From Vulcanimicrobiota bacterium (lineage in GTDB: Bacteria; Vulcanimicrobiota; Vulcanimicrobiia; Vulcanimicrobiales; Vulcanimicrobiaceae): a stretch of DNA of 64,000 nt. The notes beneath the pieces are model-generated. The model was not told where the DNA came from. It saw only the letters and a list, made by a program, of their open reading frames with translations, and made no database searches. The stretch covers positions 2,656,001-2,720,000 of the forward strand of contig CAVTCS010000003.1 in NCBI GenBank assembly GCA_963733295.1. Direction: 5' to 3'. This document shows positions 58,034 through 64,000 of this stretch, piece after piece. The first letter of the stretch is position 1. Each line of letters begins with the position of its first letter. Position numbers and translations under genes: made by a program.

Positions 58034-59199
58034 GGCGCGGCGAGTTTCTGGGAAGCGCCGCAGCGTTCGGTGCGGCCTCGCTCGGCATGCCGGCCGGCGC
58101 TGCCGGGAATTACGGCGACTTGCCGATCGCCGGAACGGTGACGATCGCCGTCGTCGCGCCTTTCACCGGCGATGAAATTCACCTCGGCGAGCAACTCGGC
58201 AACGGCGTGCGCGCCGCGATCGACGACACCAATCAGCTGCGCGGGACGCTCGACAAAGCGTTCGTGCTGCGTCCCTTCGACGACCAGAACCTGCTGGCGA
58301 CGGGCCTTCAGAGCGCGGAGTTCGCGTGTGACGATGCGACGGTCGTGTGTGTGATCGGCCACTTGAGCGGAAAGATCACCGACGCCGCGCTGAAGACGTA
58401 CGTCAACAACGATATGCCGGTCATCGTTCCGGCCACTACGTACGATCCGATCACCTCGCACGGCTACGGCAGCGTGCTGCGACTCTCGACGAAAGATTCG
58501 ACCGAGGGCCGGCTCACCGCGCGCAGCGCCGAAGCGCTGAAACCGTCGAATGCGGTGGTGCTCTACCAGGACGGCGACTACGGACTCGACGTGGCGGCCG
58601 GTTTCCACAACCAGCTGCTCGCCGATAAGGTGGCGTCGAAAGCGCTCGGCTTCAGCTGGTCGTCGCCCGACTTTCCTGGCGTGACGAAGGCCGCGCTCGA
58701 ATCGAAACCCGACGTCATCTACTTGGCGGGCGTCGTCAAGGACATGGGCGGAATGATTCCCGCCTTGCACGCCGCGGGCTATACCGGGGCGCTCTACGCC
58801 TCGCAGGGCTTCTTCGACGCGCTGACGGTCTCCAAGTACGCCGCCGAGGCCGAAGGCTTGATCGTATCGAGTTCGATGCCGCCGCTGCAACTCGCACCGA
58901 GCGATTTCCGCGTGCGCAACAATTTCCAGCTCAAGTACGGCGCGATGACGCCGCTCTCGACGTTCGCCTACGCCGCGGCGCAGATCGCGATCTCGGGCGT
59001 GCATCGCACCGGCGCGACCGACCGCATCGGCGTGGCGCGGGCGCTCTCGTACTCAACGCCCTTCGACACCGTCTTGGGCAGCATCACGTTTCAAAACGAC
59101 GGCGATCCCTCGAATCCGAACGTGTACTTCTACACGATCAAGAACGGCGCGTGGAGCTACCTCCGCGCCTCGCACAAGACCGAATTTATCTTGAAGTAG
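58021..59199 (+). CDS. LivJ-like periplasmic binding protein with twin-arginine signal
   Basis: LRRGEFL Tat motif, AVVAPFTG, VIGHLSG, DGDYG, YAAAQ. Confidence 0.82.
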   Translation: MARLRRGEFLGSAAAFGAASLGMPAGAAGNYGDLPIAGTVTIAVVAPFTGDEIHLGEQLGNGVRAAIDDTNQLRGTLDKAFVLRPFDDQNLLATGLQSAEFACDDATVVCVIGHLSGKITDAALKTYVNNDMPVIVPATTYDPITSHGYGSVLRLSTKDSTEGRLTARSAEALKPSNAVVLYQDGDYGLDVAAGFHNQLLADKVASKALGFSWSSPDFPGVTKAALESKPDVIYLAGVVKDMGGMIPALHAAGYTGALYASQGFFDALTVSKYAAEAEGLIVSSSMPPLQLAPSDFRVRNNFQLKYGAMTPLSTFAYAAAQIAISGVHRTGATDRIGVARALSYSTPFDTVLGSITFQNDGDPSNPNVYFYTIKNGAWSYLRASHKTEFILK

Positions 59200-59338
59200 C
59201 CGATCCGCGGCGCGCGTCGTTCGCTTGCTGCCGCAGCGACGGCACCGCGCTTTCGTCCGGCGCGTCCTCGAGGTCGATGCTGATGCGCAACCGCCATGCG
59301 CCGAGCGTCAATGAGAATCCCGTGCCGAAATAGCGCAT
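59186..59338 (-). CDS. Unannotated 50-aa small ORF at the end of the GntR/ABC operon
   Basis: ATG 1 nt after the permease TGA, GGAG upstream; MRYFGTGFSLTLGAWRLRISIDLEDAPDESAVPSLRQQANDARRGSATSR. Confidence 0.55.
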   Translation of the reverse strand: MRYFGTGFSLTLGAWRLRISIDLEDAPDESAVPSLRQQANDARRGSATSR

Positions 59339-59339
59339 C

Positions 59340-60101
59340 TCAGATCTCCATCCGTTTCCAGCCGAACGTACCTATCGCGCAGCCGACGATTCCCAGGCCG
59401 AACACGATCGCGACCTTTACGGAGCCGGCGAGCGTGAAAAGCGCGCGCGACGAAAAGTCGCCACCGTGTTCCGAGCTCGAGATCCCGTAGTAGGCAAGCG
59501 GATTGAGGACGTTCAGCGCCATCACGATGCCGTGCAGCACGCTGCTGAGCGGCACGATCGCGAGAACCACCAGCACGAAGTACGAGCCCCAGGCGATCCC
59601 GGCAACCATGCCGCCTTTCGCCTGATGCCACGCGGTGAAGCCTTGAGCGTTCCCGTAGCACATGAAGGCGGTGCCGAGCCCAAGCTCCGCCGCGCCCGAC
59701 GCCATCGGGTCGACGACCAAATGCCCGAAGAGACCGAGACCGGCGACGGTAGCGAGTTCGAGTGCCAGCGTCCCCGCCCACACCACGAGCATCGCAAGCA
59801 GGTCGAACGCGATGATGGAGATCGCCATTCGCTCCCGTGGAACGGGTTTCGTCCAAAGGCTCGGCAAGCTCTCGCCGAGCGAGTTCAAGCTCGAGCCGAG
59901 AAAAGCGCCGAACGCGGCGGCGACGAACCCGGCGACGAAGAGCAGTGCCGCGAGCGGCACGTTGCCGACCCGGGGGTGCGACCCGTTGACCTCCACATTT
60001 GCGTGGCCGGCGCTCACGAGGATCAACACGGCGAGCGCCGCGATCAGGCCCAGAATGATGACGACGCGCGCCCGGACGCGCAGGAACTCGAGATACAGCA
60101 T
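59340..60101 (-). CDS. ABC-2 type membrane protein
   Basis: About 6 TMs, LWTKPVPRER loop; TAATG coupling to the ATPase. Confidence 0.8.
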   Translation of the reverse strand: MLYLEFLRVRARVVIILGLIAALAVLILVSAGHANVEVNGSHPRVGNVPLAALLFVAGFVAAAFGAFLGSSLNSLGESLPSLWTKPVPRERMAISIIAFDLLAMLVVWAGTLALELATVAGLGLFGHLVVDPMASGAAELGLGTAFMCYGNAQGFTAWHQAKGGMVAGIAWGSYFVLVVLAIVPLSSVLHGIVMALNVLNPLAYYGISSSEHGGDFSSRALFTLAGSVKVAIVFGLGIVGCAIGTFGWKRMEI

Positions 60102-61003
60102 TACACCACCCCGCTTGAGCTCTCGTCGCGTTCACCGACCGCGCCGAGAAAGATGTCTTCCAGATTGAGGTCCAAGACGTCGACGCTGCGCGGCCCGAGC
60201 GCTTCGAGCCGGCTGACGAACTCGTCGCCGCCGTCCCGCACGTAAAGGCGCAGGATGCGGCCGGTACGCTCGACGCGGCGCACGCGCGGATCGTTGACGA
60301 GACCGTTGCTTTCGGGAACCGATCCTTCGAAGATCGCCTCGACGACTTTCTCCTGGCCCTTGAGCGAGTCGACGTTGCCGTCGAGCACGAGCTTGCCGCG
60401 CTTGAGGATCGCGACACGATCGGCGGCGCGCTCGACTTGGCCGATCTGATGCGACGAAAAGAGCACGGTCGCGCCGCCGGCAGCGGCGTCGATGATCAAA
60501 TCGAGCGCGGCGCGTTGGAAAATCGGATCGAGTCCGCTGGCCGGCTCGTCGAGCACGAGGATCTTCGGCCGGAACGAGAACGCCAGCACGAGCGAGAGCG
60601 CAGTCTGCTGCCCTTTCGAAAGGCGCTTGGCACGTTTTTTCCGATCGAGCTTAAAGAGATCGACCAGTTCGTTCGCGCGGGCCGCATCGTAATTCGGGTA
60701 AAGGCGCCGGTTCAGTTCGAGATGTTGCGCGACGGTGAATTTTTCAAAGAGCGCGGGCCGCTCGGGGACGAAGCCGAGATTGGCAAAAGTTGACGCGCCG
60801 ACCGGCCGCCCTTCGATCTCGATCGTTCCGGAGGTCGGGCGAGTCAACCCGAGCAGACATTTGAATGCGGTCGACTTGCCCGCGCCGTTCGGTCCGAGCA
60901 AACCGCAGATCGAACCGGGTTCGATCTCGAGCGTCAGGTCCGAGACGGCTTCGAACGAGCCGTAGCGTTTGGTCAGGCCGCGAATCGCGATCGTATGGGT
61001 CAC
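60101..61003 (-). CDS. ABC transporter ATP-binding protein (YtrB-like)
   Basis: GPNGAGKS, LSKGQ, ILVLDEP, SSH, LEDIF. Confidence 0.92.
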   Translation of the reverse strand: MTHTIAIRGLTKRYGSFEAVSDLTLEIEPGSICGLLGPNGAGKSTAFKCLLGLTRPTSGTIEIEGRPVGASTFANLGFVPERPALFEKFTVAQHLELNRRLYPNYDAARANELVDLFKLDRKKRAKRLSKGQQTALSLVLAFSFRPKILVLDEPASGLDPIFQRAALDLIIDAAAGGATVLFSSHQIGQVERAADRVAILKRGKLVLDGNVDSLKGQEKVVEAIFEGSVPESNGLVNDPRVRRVERTGRILRLYVRDGGDEFVSRLEALGPRSVDVLDLNLEDIFLGAVGERDESSSGVV

Positions 61004-61413
61004 GTATTTCTCCCTGGATGGGCTGCGGGATACCAGCGCTCGAGCATCTTCTCAAAAGTCGCGACGAGCTCGTCGCGCCCAAGTCCGAGCGATTTGGCTT
61101 CACGTACGGCTGCGTCGACCGCACTCGAGGCGATGTCGGCGACGGCTCGGCCGGCCTCCACACTGCTCCCGTTGTCTCGCACGAACGAACCCCGTCCGGG
61201 ACTCGTCTCGATCACTTCGTCGCGCTCGAGTTCGCGGTAGGCCCGCGCGACGGTGTTCGGATTGATCGTCAGGTCCAGCGCCAGAGCTTTGACGGTAGGC
61301 AGTTGCTCGCCGGGCCCGAGCGTCCCCAAAGCTACGGCCCGCTTCACCTGCTCGATGAGCTGGTGATAAAGCGGGACGCCGCTGCGTGGATCGATCGTGA
61401 AGATCGCTGGCAA
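61000..61413 (-). CDS. GntR family regulator, YtrA subfamily
   Basis: PLYHQL..Q, GEQLPTVK.LA..L.INPNTVARAYREL, GRGSFV, short C-terminal helix. Confidence 0.93.
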   Translation of the reverse strand: MPAIFTIDPRSGVPLYHQLIEQVKRAVALGTLGPGEQLPTVKALALDLTINPNTVARAYRELERDEVIETSPGRGSFVRDNGSSVEAGRAVADIASSAVDAAVREAKSLGLGRDELVATFEKMLERWYPAAHPGRNT

Positions 61414-61414
61414 G

Positions 61415-61531
61415 TTAGAACTTGACGCCCCACCCGGCGAAGAGCGAGTTGGACCGCGGGGTCGGGATGACGGTGACGCGGGCTTCGGGAGCTTCGGGGT
61501 TCATGGTGTCGGGACGATTCGAAACGGTCAT
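61415..61531 (-). CDS. Unannotated 38-aa leader ORF of the GntR/ABC operon
   Basis: AGGAGA RBS, ATG 61531, TAA 1 nt before the GntR TTG; MTVSNRPDTMNPEAPEARVTVIPTPRSNSLFAGWGVKF. Confidence 0.7.
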   Translation of the reverse strand: MTVSNRPDTMNPEAPEARVTVIPTPRSNSLFAGWGVKF

Positions 61532-61545
61532 TGCTTTCTCCTAAC

Positions 61546-61597
61546 GTGATGTTGTCCTAGTACACTAGTACAATAGCACACTAACAAACGAAGTCAA
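61546..61597 (-). promoter_or_regulatory. Promoter (TTGACT-16-TATTGT, extended -10) overlapped by a YtrA-type palindromic operator
   Basis: GTGATGTTGTCCTAGT-AC-ACTAGTACAATAGCAC inverted repeat (13/16 match), AT-rich within a GC-rich window. Confidence 0.75.
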
Positions 61598-61796
61598 CCC
61601 CTTCCCAAAGAAATTTTCGTCGAGGAAGCCCGGCGATCGTCAAGGACACAAACTGACGCTCGGTAGCTCGGCCTTTCGAGGGCTAGGAACCTTCCGCCGA
61701 ACGCACGCGCTTCGGCCCGGTGGGTATGAAGTGCGGGCGAGGGTGCGGGTGCTCTCGCGAGCGAGAAGCGGGGCCTACCGGTTCAGAATGAAAAAG

Positions 61797-61818
61797 CGAT
61801 GACATCCCGATGACATCC
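61797..61818 (+). promoter_or_regulatory. Perfect 11-bp tandem direct repeat, candidate OmpR-family operator
   Basis: CGATGACATCC twice, upstream of the Spy-like/RND operon. Confidence 0.5.
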
Positions 61819-61915
61819 AGCGAGTTCTCAGGCTTCACAGGAATACTAGCGGGTGTTTCCCAGTGGGGAAGTACGCCGGATGGAAATCGGCGGAAGCCAT
61901 GGAGTCATACATTCA

Positions 61916-62335
61916 ATGAACAAGACATCGATCGGCGGAGCGGCGCTCGTCGCCGCGCTCTTCCTCGCCGGCTGCACCGGCCAGAGTTCGAGTTCCGCGG
62001 GAACTGGCACGGCATCGGACGCAGCGGCGCAGGGCCCCGCAGCAGCGGGTCAAGCCGCCGGCGCGGGCGCGGCGGGCAATCCCAATGCGCGACACCACTT
62101 TGCCGAAGCGCTCATGAGCCTCAATTTGAGCGACGCTCAGAAGAGCCAGATCCGCGGCATCATGGACGCGGCGCGCGCTCAGGCCAAGACCCAAGATCCG
62201 GATACCCGGCGCGCCACGATGCGCACGGCGTTCGCCAAGGTTCAGGCGGTGCTCACGCCCGAGCAGCGCACCGCATTCAAAGCCAAACTCGCCGCACTTC
62301 GCGCCCAGTCGCCGCCGCAAGCGCCGACGCCGTAG
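61916..62335 (+). CDS. Spy/CpxP-like (LTxxQ) lipoprotein
   Basis: Lipobox LAGC; LNLSDAQK and VLTPEQR motifs; GGAG RBS. Confidence 0.75.
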   Translation: MNKTSIGGAALVAALFLAGCTGQSSSSAGTGTASDAAAQGPAAAGQAAGAGAAGNPNARHHFAEALMSLNLSDAQKSQIRGIMDAARAQAKTQDPDTRRATMRTAFAKVQAVLTPEQRTAFKAKLAALRAQSPPQAPTP

Positions 62336-62342
62336 AGCTCGC

Positions 62343-63659
62343 GTGAACGCTTCGCGCCTGACGGTCCTGGCCGTTCTCGCTGCAGCCGTTCTCGCGAGCG
62401 GCTGCAACCGTCAGGCGCGCACTCGCACGGCGCCGTCGCCCAATCCGATCCCGACCGCGGTCGCGCGACAGGCGACCGTGCGCGCCACCTCGACCATTTC
62501 GGGTTTCATCGCGCCGCTCCAGAACGTGGCGATCACGAGCGCGCTCTCCGAACCGGTCGACCGCGTTCTCGTCAACGAGGGCGACCGCGTCCGCTCGGGG
62601 CAGGTCTTGGCGGTGCTCGACACTGCCGACCTGCGCGCGCAGCTCGCGCAAGCGCAGGCGACGGTCGTAAGCGACCAGCGCACCGCCGCCTCCAACGACG
62701 CGAAGGTCGTGCAGACCCGCTACACCGCGACCTTGAACATCGGAACCGGCAACAATCAAGTCACCTCGGCCCAAGCCGCGCTCCAACAAGCCAAGCAAAA
62801 CCTGAGCAACGATCAGCTCAACCTGGAGCGCGACCGCCAGTTGGTTTCACAAGGATACCTCGCGCAGCAAACGCTCGATCAGCAGCAGACCACCGTCGTG
62901 AACGATCAGGCCGCGATCCGAAACGCTCAGGCCAACGTGGAGACGGCACTCACCAACCAATCGGTGAACGGCAACGCGTCGAACGGTTTGCAGGCGGCCA
63001 ACGTGGCGGCGTCCGAGGCCGACGCTCGCGCCTCCCACGCCGTCATCGATCAAGCGCGCGCGCAAGTGCTGCAATTGCAGACCTCGATCGCGAAGGCCAC
63101 CATCGTGTCGCCGGTCGACGGCGTCGTCGTCAATCGCAATTTGAACCCCGGCGAGTATCCGGGGTCGCGCACGATCTTCACCGTGCAACAATTGAACGAC
63201 GTCTACGCCGAGTTGAACGCCTCGGGTGCGAACACGTTCGCGATCCCGCAAGGCGCGCCCGTCACGCTCTCCGTTCCGGGTTCGGGCGGAAGGACGTACG
63301 GTGGCGACGTCGTCGCAGTGCTCGGCCAGGTGACGCCGGGCTCGACCAACTTCACGATCAAGGTTCTGGTTGGGAATCCCGACGACAAGTTACAGGCAGG
63401 CTTGCCGGTGACCGCCACCATCAAGCTTCCCGCGGTGAGCGGCATCGGCATTCCGACGGCGGCCTTCCTCGACGACACCCACTCGACGGTCCTCGTGGCC
63501 AGCGACGAACTGGTTGACGTCGTGGCGAAGACGGCGCACGTGCAAGAGCTGGGCAGCGACGGCACGACCTCGATCGTCACCGGTCTGAAAGTAGGCCAGA
63601 AGGTCGTGGCCAACGGACAGCTCGGCATCACCGAGGGGCAGTCGCTCGCGCAGCAGTGA
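62343..63659 (+). CDS. RND efflux membrane fusion protein
   Basis: Lipobox-like ASGC, VNEGDRV..GQVLA.LD, long coiled coil, IVSPVDGVV. Confidence 0.9.
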   Translation: MNASRLTVLAVLAAAVLASGCNRQARTRTAPSPNPIPTAVARQATVRATSTISGFIAPLQNVAITSALSEPVDRVLVNEGDRVRSGQVLAVLDTADLRAQLAQAQATVVSDQRTAASNDAKVVQTRYTATLNIGTGNNQVTSAQAALQQAKQNLSNDQLNLERDRQLVSQGYLAQQTLDQQQTTVVNDQAAIRNAQANVETALTNQSVNGNASNGLQAANVAASEADARASHAVIDQARAQVLQLQTSIAKATIVSPVDGVVVNRNLNPGEYPGSRTIFTVQQLNDVYAELNASGANTFAIPQGAPVTLSVPGSGGRTYGGDVVAVLGQVTPGSTNFTIKVLVGNPDDKLQAGLPVTATIKLPAVSGIGIPTAAFLDDTHSTVLVASDELVDVVAKTAHVQELGSDGTTSIVTGLKVGQKVVANGQLGITEGQSLAQQ

Positions 63660-64000
63660 TGCGCCGGATCTCGCAGCTCTTCGTCAACCGCCCGCCGCTG
63701 GTTTTCGTGCTGGTGGCAGTGATCGCGCTTGCCGGCAGCTTTGCGCTGGCCACGCTCGTCCAGCAGCAATTTCCGAACATCGACTTCCCCACCGTCAACG
63801 TGACCGTTTCCTACCCTGGTGCCTCGCCGACCGAACTGCGCGACTCGGTCGTGCGACCGATCGAAGATGCGATCGCGGGCGCACCCGACCTGAGCTACAT
63901 CAACACCTCGATTCAACAGAACCAGGCGTCGATCTCGGCCACCTTCTCGCTCGAGTCCAATCAAACGACCGACCTCACCGAAGTGCAAGACCGGGTGCAA
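63659..64000 (+). CDS. RND (AcrB-like) permease, N-terminal fragment
   Basis: MRRISQLFVNRPP, QFPNIDFPTVNVTVSYPGASP.E..DSV..PIEDA. Confidence 0.9.
   Translation, partial: MRRISQLFVNRPPLVFVLVAVIALAGSFALATLVQQQFPNIDFPTVNVTVSYPGASPTELRDSVVRPIEDAIAGAPDLSYINTSIQQNQASISATFSLESNQTTDLTEVQDRVQ

Overview
This is a high-GC, densely coding bacterial chromosomal window with about 65 genes. I recognised no rRNA, tRNA, CRISPR array, integrase or transposase. The gene content resembles Candidatus Eremiobacterota/Vulcanimicrobiota; that assignment is inference only. From left to right: (1) a respiratory and cofactor supercluster: menG, polyprenyl synthase, tatA, tatC, System II cytochrome c maturation, a GT-C-like membrane protein, selO, a Rieske protein, a fused cytochrome b/subunit IV/cytochrome c, an arnT-like gene, then hemC-hemB-mobA-hemL-hemA-hemD-DUF92; (2) an uncharacterised five-gene amide-ligase locus (ATP-grasp, YbdK/GCS2, class I GATase-like, circularly permuted ATP-grasp and a divergent alpha/beta esterase), near a CPYC glutaredoxin and an arginase; (3) transport and housekeeping genes: AI-2E, class A beta-lactamase-like, ilvE, chrA, ggt, two ABC systems, an OFA MFS, DUF2079, polX, NAPRTase-like, a degenerate ABC pair, a Cys-less PfpI, fni, rpsO-panD-ltaE-pnp, and UbiD/UbiA of the menaquinone pathway; (4) a YtrA-type GntR/ABC operon bracketed by two unannotated small ORFs, and the start of a Spy-like lipoprotein/RND efflux operon. 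The best candidate for an undescribed system is the amide-ligase locus. Other highlights are a HemC fused to a single lobe of HemD, a b6-type fused cytochrome b with a PAWY Qo motif, the small peptides of the GntR operon, two apparent pseudo-enzymes and repeated non-canonical start codons. All family assignments come from motif recognition by eye, not from database searches.
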